A DNA stretch of 64,000 bases from Candidatus Krumholzibacteriales bacterium (GTDB lineage: Bacteria > Krumholzibacteriota > Krumholzibacteriia > Krumholzibacteriales > WJIX01), in assembly GCA_046483305.1 (NCBI GenBank), contig JAWODM010000021.1:691-64690 (forward strand), read 5' to 3'. Below, piece after piece: positions 10,082 through 18,388 of this stretch. The translations under genes were made by a program, and so were the position numbers. A model generated the notes under the pieces. The model searched no databases and had not been told where the DNA came from. It saw only the letters and a list, made by a program, of their open reading frames with translations. Numbering within the stretch: the stretch's first letter is position 1; every line of letters starts with the position of its first letter.

Positions 10082-10513
10082 CTACTCCGCCTCAACCTCC
10101 CCGGCATCACAGAGCGCTTTCAGCCTCTTCAGTAACAGCAGGATCACCCCGCTGCCGCACATTGCCGCGAAGTGCCCCTCGCAGAAACGCTCCTTCCTCA
10201 CATGAAGGGTCAGAAGCTTTCGAACGGTGAGCAGGTCGGCATGAGCAATCAAATCCGGATCATTGCATATCCGTTCGGCCTCTTCCTGCCACCCTCCCCA
10301 GTCAAACGGACGGATGAGCCCCGAAGTGCTGATGTATGAAAGCACCCTGCCGGTAATATCAGAGAATTTATAGGGTCCCAGGAACACGGTATTCCCATCA
10401 GATGTGATATCATGCTCTCCCCATGAGCCGCTGCGGCTTTCCATTTCCGGTATCAGAGAGATCAGCCTTTCCAGGCCCTCCCGGTTTATGGCAACCCGGT
10501 CATCATTCATCAA
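10082..10513 (-). CDS. DUF6508-like protein
   Basis: PFDWxxW..ADLLTVRKLLTLHVRKERFCEG..GVILLLLKRL pattern recalled as DUF6508; ATGA overlap with upstream gene. Confidence 0.7.
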   Translation of the reverse strand: MMNDDRVAINREGLERLISLIPEMESRSGSWGEHDITSDGNTVFLGPYKFSDITGRVLSYISTSGLIRPFDWGGWQEEAERICNDPDLIAHADLLTVRKLLTLHVRKERFCEGHFAAMCGSGVILLLLKRLKALCDAGEVEAE

Positions 10514-11178
10514 TGCCTCTCGAGGTTATCAGCCGGATCAGTCCGCCCCCGCTTAACCACTATCACATCGCCGCTTCCCAGATCGGGCATATCTTCTTCG
10601 AAGCGGAGATAACCTTCCGCATCAGAAAAATATCTTTTCCCCCTGATAATAACTTCCGAATTCTCCGCGAATTTCCGCTCCCCTATAAGCATCAGTGACC
10701 GCCTGCCGGTATCCTCGTCCCTTGTTTCCCTGATTATCAGATCACCGCCTGGCGTGGAAAACCTCATTGCCTTCTTCTCGGCTCCGGAGGTTGAGGCGGC
10801 CAGAGACAGCTCCGGTTCCCTCCGGGCCTCAGGTGAATCAAAACGCAGAATCCTTATATCCCGGCTCTTTCCCCACTCCACGTCCAGATGCTCTCTGACC
10901 CGGTCGCACTGATCCGTACGGCGAAGCTCCCTCTCATACTCTTGAAGGTATTCAACTTCTCTGATAATCCTATCCCGGCACTTTCTGCAGACTTTTATGT
11001 GTTCTATGGACTTATCCTTCCCCCTCACATAGAAAAGGCTCTCCGGAATTTCATCCATCGAGCCTTTATCACTATCCCCTCCGGTCCCCTCCCTGGTCAG
11101 TATTTGAACAGCGAGATCCCCGATTCCCCTGTTCGAAAGACAGGAAATGTTATTATTTCTGTTCTTCATAGAACTCAC
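10510..11178 (-). CDS. Soluble zinc-binding anti-sigma-like (ZAS/zf-HC2) protein with beta-rich C-terminal domain
   Basis: H60-IKV-C64-RK-C67 followed by a charged helix, upstream Cys13; no TM helix; true start may be ATG at 11169. Confidence 0.55.
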   Translation of the reverse strand: MSSMKNRNNNISCLSNRGIGDLAVQILTREGTGGDSDKGSMDEIPESLFYVRGKDKSIEHIKVCRKCRDRIIREVEYLQEYERELRRTDQCDRVREHLDVEWGKSRDIRILRFDSPEARREPELSLAASTSGAEKKAMRFSTPGGDLIIRETRDEDTGRRSLMLIGERKFAENSEVIIRGKRYFSDAEGYLRFEEDMPDLGSGDVIVVKRGRTDPADNLERH

Positions 11179-12235
11179 CTTTTATATGGTACAAAAGACC
11201 CGGAATGCATCTGACTTTTTCGATCCACAGCTTTTCCGCTCTTTTTATGAGGTTCTGAAGACACCCCTTGTATTTTTCTCTGTATTCACAGGCCCCGCAA
11301 CGAACATGCGGCTCAAGGTACCGCCGCGTCGATTGTGTATCTTTCAAACCGAGATCTAAGAGGTAATCTTCCACTGCGTTAAGTATAGCTTCTCTGGTAT
11401 CATCGTCGAAAGGGTTTCTCCAGCTGTAGCTTCTTCGCAACTCTTCCGCGACTTTCAGCGATATATCCGAGAGTTCCTTCTGCAGGAAAAGATCGAATGT
11501 GGACAGCCGTTTTTTCATCAGGCAATCTGAGCGGTCTGACTGCAGATCGATGATTGAAGCTACCAGGGCATCCCTTTTAACCCTGCTCTGAAACTCCACA
11601 CTCTCTGCCAGAACTTCAAATATGGCATCCACTATAACAGGAACGCTATCCCCCGGTGATACTGCCGGGCCGCACAGGGTTAGTATATCTTCCTTCTGCG
11701 GCGGGCGTGAATTATTCGAAGCGGCCTCGATATATGAATCGATGATAAAAGAGCCCTCTCTGACAAACCGTTCACTTCCTGATATATAGGCGCCAAGATT
11801 CCGGCCGGTCCTGATATACTCCGGATCGGCGAACCTCTTCTTCATGCGGATATGATTCGAATATCTGATTCTTACCGCCGCTCTGAGATAATAGTAAATG
11901 TCAAGAGGTTCCGGGTCGGCAGTTTTACTGAAGAATCTGTTTATCACATGAACCAGCTCAAAAGGCCCGTTGTTCCTTCTTCTTATAAAGAAGGGAGTTA
12001 TTATGTCAATCCCCGCCTGCCCTCTATCATAATCGGCCAGGATTTCACCTGATTTTCCCTGGATGAGAAGCCGCGCCATGGCGGACATGTGATTAATAAT
12101 TACGATAAAATCTCTCTCTCTTTCAGCCTCCGCGATTATCAATTCGCTCTCGGTGAACTCTCTGCCGGGGGGCGAGAATGCGTCCCTGACCCTTGAACAT
12201 GCCTCGAAAAGCTGCTGGATTGAAGTTTTGATCAT
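11153..12235 (-). CDS. Hypothetical helical protein, possible divergent ECF-type sigma factor
   Basis: 360-aa ORF in tight operon; QAGIDIITPFF and DIYYYLRAAVRIRYSNHIRMKKR resemble sigma regions 2.2 and 2.3-2.4; function is inference. Confidence 0.4.
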   Translation of the reverse strand: MIKTSIQQLFEACSRVRDAFSPPGREFTESELIIAEAERERDFIVIINHMSAMARLLIQGKSGEILADYDRGQAGIDIITPFFIRRRNNGPFELVHVINRFFSKTADPEPLDIYYYLRAAVRIRYSNHIRMKKRFADPEYIRTGRNLGAYISGSERFVREGSFIIDSYIEAASNNSRPPQKEDILTLCGPAVSPGDSVPVIVDAIFEVLAESVEFQSRVKRDALVASIIDLQSDRSDCLMKKRLSTFDLFLQKELSDISLKVAEELRRSYSWRNPFDDDTREAILNAVEDYLLDLGLKDTQSTRRYLEPHVRCGACEYREKYKGCLQNLIKRAEKLWIEKVRCIPGLLYHIKGEFYEEQK

Positions 12236-12241
12236 AGAAGC

Positions 12242-14554
12242 CTACTCCGCTATCTGTTCAGAACTCCGTTTATTCTCCAGTTCGGCAACCAGTTTCTCAT
12301 ACTTCGAATTAACTGCCGGCCTGTCGACCCAGCCGCTTCCATCGAAATACCTGAATCCCTTTTTCAGTCTTTCACCTTCGGCTGCGAGCTTATCCGGCAG
12401 ATCTTCCTCTCCGATATCAAAAACCCTGGCGTACATTACTTCATACGGATCGGTGAATACCGCTTCGCAGCATGACATTCTGCTGTCCATTTCATATATA
12501 ATGGCCGATTGTTTTTCAGCACCTGCATTTTCTCCAACTCCAACTATCATTCTACCGTCCGGGCCAACAGTTATATCATTAATCCTTGGTCTGTAGCAAT
12601 TATTAAGTTCTTTGCATAAGACAGAAACAGGTGTCTTTATATAGTATAATGCAACATTATCATAATCATCCATATCAATTTCTATAATACCTCCGGCATC
12701 ACGTTCTTCCATTACCAGGGGATCCAATGCGGCAATAACGGCATACTCAGTAATCGTTTTTTCGTTCCTGTCCCCCGCCAGTACGATCTCCGTCCTGCCA
12801 TCCTGGTTAAAATCGCCAGTTATAAACCTCTTCAGATGGCCTCTATGGAAGTAGTATCTCATTGTTTCATTACTGAAGTTAACCACGGCCGTCAAAGAGG
12901 GAGAATAGGCAATATCTGTTGCCGCGATAACCAGCTCGCCGGAGCCGTCGCCGTCAAAATCAGCCAGCTGATCGTAGCAGTAGGAAAAATCGGAATAGGA
13001 GCGAATATTCCCGCTATTATTTATTAAAAGACTGTCCCACAATACCAGATGGCTCAGAAGCTCTCCCGAATTTGAGAACAGATGAGTATGGATCCTGCCG
13101 ACCGGCTTGGTGGCATTCGGCTCAGATTCCACACTGACCAGCAGGAATTCCTTTTCTCCGTCTCCGTTGATATCGGCCAGGTACTCCCGGTGAGACTTTG
13201 AACTGGAATCAGTATAAACATTCTTCTTCTTGAAGATGTAATAACCGGGCGTATAGGAATCAAAACCGTAACCGTACCTGTTAAAGAATGTTACAGTTTC
13301 ACCATCGAATTTATAACTGTGGATACCGCGCTCGAAACGGGCGGGAATGAAAACCGCCACCATTACGGCAGCAATGCAGGCCGCCGCGGCGGCGAAGAGA
13401 TGTTTCCTCCATATCCTGGCTCTTCCCATTAATAATTTAACAGGGGGGATCGTTGATTTTTCCACTATATCAGGATTATCGTAAACCTCGCTGACATGAG
13501 AGGCGGGAATAAGTTCGAGCTTCCGGCCAGGGTACTTCCGAGATAGGGATGCGAGCTCCGCGGATGCGGCTTCCAGGTTTTCCTCAGGCAGCACAAACCG
13601 CCTGCATGGAGAATAAAAAGCAGCGCCTGTCTTGAATGGTATATCTTCATCCTCTACTCCCGTAATGCCGCCATCTCTATCCACTCCTCCGGTAAACACC
13701 GCGTCTTTTCTCACCCTGCGCCGGATGGAGGAAGATGCAAGATTATCAAGAGCGGCCCCAGCGAGCAATGTAAAGGCGAGCCCGGCAGAGCCGCCGGTAA
13801 ACTTATCCGCCCAGTCTTTCCCGCAGCCATTACCACTTATACCGAAACAGTACACTCTGGGTATCCGAACCGCCTCCCATCCGCTGTATCCCCCTTCAAT
13901 CGAGCGTTCGGCGTATCTGACAGAGTTCTCCAGCTGAATCATGAAAGGGTCCTGCTCTGCTCTGACTCTCTTTTCGAATGATATGAAAGGTTCCACGGGC
14001 CTGAACAGGCTGCCCTCTCCCGATATCTCAATCTTCAGCCCTCCCCTCAGGACCTTCCCTGTATTGAACATAATACCCTTTTCCGAAGATAACGCCGAAA
14101 CCAGAATAATATTCACAGAGTCACTACTGGACGAATCTCTGTACTGATGAATTTCCGATCTCTGATCCTCTTCCAGCTCGCTCTCATCCACTTCTCCCAG
14201 AATAGAGAGGTAGTAATTGAGCCTCTTTTTCAGTGAAGACTTGAGAGAGTCAAACTCTTCACCGGAAGCAGCCGGCTCGACGCGGGCAATATTATCCAGC
14301 AGTTCGGGCAATATCCGCACTGTCCTGAAGTTAAGGAATTTAACGGTTTCGCTGTTCAATGATTCCAGTAATGGATAAGCATTCAGTTTGAGGTAAGAGC
14401 GGCAGGATGAAGGCTCCAGGTGCAGGATGCAGTAATGAAGAACCAGGGCGGCCTGTTCGAGATAAAGCAGATTCCTGGTATCGCCTTTCACATTAGCCAG
14501 GAACTCTGCTAATATATCATCAATATCTCTTACAGTAAGCTTACAGTTTTTCAA
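12242..14554 (-). CDS. Single-pass membrane protein: cytoplasmic Lon-type (S16) protease domain plus extracytoplasmic FG-GAP/VCBS-repeat domain
   Basis: FTGGSAGLA (S256), DAVFTGGVDRDGGITGV, IPFKTGAAF (K308), FVLPEENL and ELIPASHVSEV follow Lon_C order; TM about 385-404 after RARIWRK; three D-x-(N/D)-x-DG repeats; TTG start. Confidence 0.75.
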   Translation of the reverse strand: MKNCKLTVRDIDDILAEFLANVKGDTRNLLYLEQAALVLHYCILHLEPSSCRSYLKLNAYPLLESLNSETVKFLNFRTVRILPELLDNIARVEPAASGEEFDSLKSSLKKRLNYYLSILGEVDESELEEDQRSEIHQYRDSSSSDSVNIILVSALSSEKGIMFNTGKVLRGGLKIEISGEGSLFRPVEPFISFEKRVRAEQDPFMIQLENSVRYAERSIEGGYSGWEAVRIPRVYCFGISGNGCGKDWADKFTGGSAGLAFTLLAGAALDNLASSSIRRRVRKDAVFTGGVDRDGGITGVEDEDIPFKTGAAFYSPCRRFVLPEENLEAASAELASLSRKYPGRKLELIPASHVSEVYDNPDIVEKSTIPPVKLLMGRARIWRKHLFAAAAACIAAVMVAVFIPARFERGIHSYKFDGETVTFFNRYGYGFDSYTPGYYIFKKKNVYTDSSSKSHREYLADINGDGEKEFLLVSVESEPNATKPVGRIHTHLFSNSGELLSHLVLWDSLLINNSGNIRSYSDFSYCYDQLADFDGDGSGELVIAATDIAYSPSLTAVVNFSNETMRYYFHRGHLKRFITGDFNQDGRTEIVLAGDRNEKTITEYAVIAALDPLVMEERDAGGIIEIDMDDYDNVALYYIKTPVSVLCKELNNCYRPRINDITVGPDGRMIVGVGENAGAEKQSAIIYEMDSRMSCCEAVFTDPYEVMYARVFDIGEEDLPDKLAAEGERLKKGFRYFDGSGWVDRPAVNSKYEKLVAELENKRSSEQIAE

Positions 14555-14604
14555 ATGCTTATTAAGTTGGATTTATGGTGTTAGTACTGCTTCAATGATT
14601 CTAA

Positions 14605-14633
14605 ATTATACTGTAAAATAAGCACTCTTTCAA
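14605..14633 (-). promoter_or_regulatory. Sigma70 promoter of the Lon-receptor operon
   Basis: Minus strand TTGAAA-17 nt-TATAAT, 50 nt upstream of the TTG start. Confidence 0.7.
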
Positions 14634-14869
14634 TTATTTTGTCGTTGCCTGATAAGATTGATATATTGCCGTGTGATAACTTCTTCCATTTCGACCCGCC
14701 TCTATGCTGACATCTTACCCCAAATGGCACAGCCATTTTTCCATTACCACCTTCTAAGATGGGGTTCTCTGTTTGAATTTTGCTCAAAGATTGATTTTGC
14801 CATTTATCGGTTTCCCATACCTGATCTATCACATGCTGGCATATTCAGAGCAGAATAAATCCCGGAGAA

Positions 14870-17218
14870 CTATCTCAGCAGCACGATTCTCCTGGTTCTG
14901 CTGAAATCGCCGGTTTCCATTCGAATGAAGTATACTCCCGAGACTACCTTCTCGCCCTCACCGCTATTCCCATTCCAGATCACCCGGTTGTTTCCCCCAT
15001 TGAATACCCGGTCTGCAAGTACCACAACCCGGGCTCCCCGCACATCGTATATGGAAAGCTTAACCGGCCTGCTCCTATCCAGGGTGAATTCTATCTCTGT
15101 TCTCGGATTGAACGGATTGGGATGAGGCGGATGCATCCGGACCGGAAGTAATGCCTGATCCTCCGCTGAGGTAATCCCCTGCTGATATGTCATTGAAACT
15201 TCTGTTAAAGTGGGTGAATTCCCGCTCGAACCAAGAGCAAAATTAACTCTGTACTGGAAGTATCTATCCGGAGCCGACTGAACCGGCCCGCCGTTTTCAG
15301 CGCTTTTCCACACCTCCCAGCTTATACCATCCGGGCTGACTCTGGTCTCTACAACCAGCGAATCATCCCTGGATGCCGGATCGGAGACAGCCATCCCTCC
15401 CTGGTAATTCAACCAGTCACCGCTGCCGCTGCTACCGGTATAGGGGCTGTACCATTTTTCATTGTGGTAATGTATTGCGCCCCTGACCAGTTTATCGTCG
15501 TCCCAGGAGCCGGAAGGCCCCCGTTCGATTTCAGGCCGGTCGGGACGGTGCCAGGGACCGTAGGGATCGGTAGCCCAGGCACACCCCAGCTCCCAGTGTT
15601 CGTTTGCGTAGCTTCCGGTATATCGCATATAGTAAATATCATCCACCTTGATAATACTCGGATCCGCTGTGAGCCCGCTGTCCCATCCTTCGGGGTCGGG
15701 GTCATGCGGGAGTACCAGCCCGTGCTTGGTCCACAGACCGCCGGCTTCGGGGCCCAGCGGAAAAAGCTCACCGGTGGTGGTAGCCAGTCCGATCTGCTCC
15801 GCGCATCCGAGACAGCCGTGATCCCCCATATAGTACATGAAGTAGGTATCGCCTTCCCTGAAAACGAAAGGCTCGGTTACTCTGAGGTCATCCCACTGCC
15901 CGGATGAACCCAGTTCCAGTATGATCGATCCCCTGGTCCATGGCCCGGTAGGGGCGGGAGCGGTCGCATAGGCAACCCGCTGTTTGTGATCGCTGGACAG
16001 CCTGACGTCATACACCATGTAATAGGTGCCATCATCAAGAAATAGATTCGGCGAAAAGACGTAATCCTCACCGGCAATGGGAGAGATCACCGGATTCGAT
16101 TCATAGTCGTTCCAGATCAGAAGCTCAGGATCGGTTGAATAAGCCAGCCGGATTGTCTGAATCGAACCGCTGGAGTAGCATAACCAGTATTTACCATCGT
16201 ACTGTATCGGCTGCTGAAGGGGATCATCAATATTAACCAGTATATTTTCGGGTAATGACCCTGGGCCCGTAATCGGGTTCCCCTCATATTTTACCCAGCC
16301 CTGCCAGGGATAAGGGGTCGGTGGAACTTCCGTCCATCTGATGGTATCAAGCTCTACGGCCTGAAGATCGATTACTTCAGAGGTATAGGTGCCGGTACTG
16401 TAACTGGCGCTGTCAAGAGAAGCAAGCCGAATATGGTCAACGTGAAACTCTGCCAGCCCGCTCTCGCTTACCCGCGAGAATGCCAGGGGCCTGATCTTCC
16501 TTTCCGATACAGCATTCCTTATATCACCATTGAGTTCACCGATCCATACATCGTCACGGTAGATCTGGACAGGCAGGCTCGAATCCGTAAAATCACATTC
16601 CAGGCGAATGGTATACCACTGGCCTGTTTCAGTCGATATATCGAAGTAATTGATGATCGGATAGTTATTGCCAGTGGTCCCTTCACGGTAAAAGGAGACC
16701 ATTCTGTCTCTGAATATGTCCATTCTGAAACCCAGATCTGTTCTAAGTATATCCAGCCTGCAGGAAGCCCCGGTGGGCTGTTCCACCATGGGATCAGCCA
16801 CTCCACTCGAATCTATGGCATCGAAGTAAATCATAAATTCGATACTGCAACTGTCAGGGATGGCTATATCTGATCTTGCCGCATAGGACCAGGAGCCGCT
16901 CTCGGAACCCACGAACTGGGCTGCCAGATGAATCTGTCCATCGGGGTCTTCTTCCGCGATATTTCCTGCTTCATTTGTATCGTATGTCCACCCGGAGATA
17001 TTATAATCTTCGAATGTCCAATTGAGGAAGTGGTAGGTCCCGATACTGATTTCGGGGTTATCCTCGGTTCCCTGAAGAACCGTATTGAAAAAACTGCCCG
17101 TTTCGAAATCGGTACGGGTGGTATGGGTCAGGGTGTCCGAAAGGACAGGGTTAAAAGAGATAATTGTAAGGATTACGAAAAGAAAGAGCCGTTTGCTAAA
17201 GCAGTACCTGGTGCTCAT
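14870..17218 (-). CDS. Secreted glycoside-hydrolase-like five-bladed beta-propeller protein (GH43/32/130-like) with C-terminal FlgD-Ig/T9SS-type sorting domain
   Basis: Signal peptide; KYEGNPI, repeated WDD..EP/ADPS..YYMYY blades; C-terminal PNPFNPRTEIEF..SIYDVRG..SGVYFIRM. Confidence 0.75.
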   Translation of the reverse strand: MSTRYCFSKRLFLFVILTIISFNPVLSDTLTHTTRTDFETGSFFNTVLQGTEDNPEISIGTYHFLNWTFEDYNISGWTYDTNEAGNIAEEDPDGQIHLAAQFVGSESGSWSYAARSDIAIPDSCSIEFMIYFDAIDSSGVADPMVEQPTGASCRLDILRTDLGFRMDIFRDRMVSFYREGTTGNNYPIINYFDISTETGQWYTIRLECDFTDSSLPVQIYRDDVWIGELNGDIRNAVSERKIRPLAFSRVSESGLAEFHVDHIRLASLDSASYSTGTYTSEVIDLQAVELDTIRWTEVPPTPYPWQGWVKYEGNPITGPGSLPENILVNIDDPLQQPIQYDGKYWLCYSSGSIQTIRLAYSTDPELLIWNDYESNPVISPIAGEDYVFSPNLFLDDGTYYMVYDVRLSSDHKQRVAYATAPAPTGPWTRGSIILELGSSGQWDDLRVTEPFVFREGDTYFMYYMGDHGCLGCAEQIGLATTTGELFPLGPEAGGLWTKHGLVLPHDPDPEGWDSGLTADPSIIKVDDIYYMRYTGSYANEHWELGCAWATDPYGPWHRPDRPEIERGPSGSWDDDKLVRGAIHYHNEKWYSPYTGSSGSGDWLNYQGGMAVSDPASRDDSLVVETRVSPDGISWEVWKSAENGGPVQSAPDRYFQYRVNFALGSSGNSPTLTEVSMTYQQGITSAEDQALLPVRMHPPHPNPFNPRTEIEFTLDRSRPVKLSIYDVRGARVVVLADRVFNGGNNRVIWNGNSGEGEKVVSGVYFIRMETGDFSRTRRIVLLR

Positions 17219-17480
17219 CCAAATTCCCCTCTGTTAAGTGCTGCAAATAAAACTTCAACAATATTTTATAATTACATAAATTACCTAAAGTAAATTGTAA
17301 CATAAATCAGGAATAATTTCTACTATAGCTTTTAATTTCCCGGGAACCGGCTGGCTGGACCATCACTCGGCTATTCAATGATCTGACACACTGAATCAGT
17401 CAATTTTTAATGAACACTGCTTTTTTTTAGATTAAAGACCGGGTAACGGCTGAATGTATCAGATCAGTCAGGCACCTGTA

Positions 17481-18338
17481 CTAATCATTACGAAACCTCA
17501 TCAGATCAGTTCTTTTGAAGTCCCACTCAGGAGTTTTGAGAACCTCTCCGAAATCTACACTGTACCAGGGGCTGAGCTCCAGGTTTTCAATATTCCGAAG
17601 TATATGGATATCCTGCGCCGGCATATAGCTCTGGGCCAGAAGAAATATCTTCTCCCCGGTTGCTCTGTTCCAGGCCATATCAACCACAATAACCGCATGG
17701 CCGGGAAACCCTCCCTGAATGAAGACATCCCCGATCTTCATATCAGAAGGATGGTCCACCGGGACCAGCTCCCGGTGCAGAGAGTAGCTACCCGCATAAT
17801 TAAATACCGCCTCAAGATACTCTCTGAACCCCGCATAGGAAGAATCCGGCCCTGCTGATTTACGCCAGCTTACCCTGCCTCCGCTGACTTCAGGCCGTAA
17901 ACCATCTCTCCAGTCTGTATAGAAGGCCGTGTCGCCGCTAGTGAAGTTAAAATGGATATCGTCAAATCTTTCCCGGGAGAAAAGATATTCGGCCCTCAGC
18001 CGGATAACCGCGTCTGCGCACTGCTGAAGGTCCCTGCTTCCGGCATCTATATCCAGTACCGCGGCATGAAGATTTTGCCTTTCCCTGGGCCGGCCGTTAT
18101 ATAAATAAACCCGGGGCCTTCCCGGCTTAACCGGCAGGCGCCTGAGCCAGGATGCGAATGAATTTGAATTGGCAGGTTCTCGGAGGTAATCCTCAGGTAC
18201 GGCGAACCTCTTCATAATTGACCCTGCCGGGTCATAATCATCCAGCCAGGAGTATAGATTTTCTGCTATTGGGGCTGAATAAGCTGATGGGATAATTATA
18301 GCCATCAGGATTAAGACAATTTTTGAATATGCAATCAA
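17481..18338 (-). CDS. DUF4846 domain protein
   Basis: DLQQCADAVIRLRAEYL, GDVFIQGGFPGHAVIVVD and LAQSYMPAQDIHIL motifs. Confidence 0.85.
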   Translation of the reverse strand: MIAYSKIVLILMAIIIPSAYSAPIAENLYSWLDDYDPAGSIMKRFAVPEDYLREPANSNSFASWLRRLPVKPGRPRVYLYNGRPRERQNLHAAVLDIDAGSRDLQQCADAVIRLRAEYLFSRERFDDIHFNFTSGDTAFYTDWRDGLRPEVSGGRVSWRKSAGPDSSYAGFREYLEAVFNYAGSYSLHRELVPVDHPSDMKIGDVFIQGGFPGHAVIVVDMAWNRATGEKIFLLAQSYMPAQDIHILRNIENLELSPWYSVDFGEVLKTPEWDFKRTDLMRFRND

Positions 18339-18388
18339 TATTCACCCATGTATTTTATAAGTTTTTTAAATAGAGCAATCCAAACAGC

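Noticed and set aside
12242-14554. Annotation as housekeeping Lon or CRISPR Lon-SAVED
   Set aside because: No AAA+ Walker motifs, no SAVED/CARF domain, no cas genes or array in the window
14581-14858. Short ORFs (83 aa minus, 66 aa plus) upstream of the Lon-receptor gene
   Set aside because: They overlap the consensus promoter and show no recognisable motif or clear RBS
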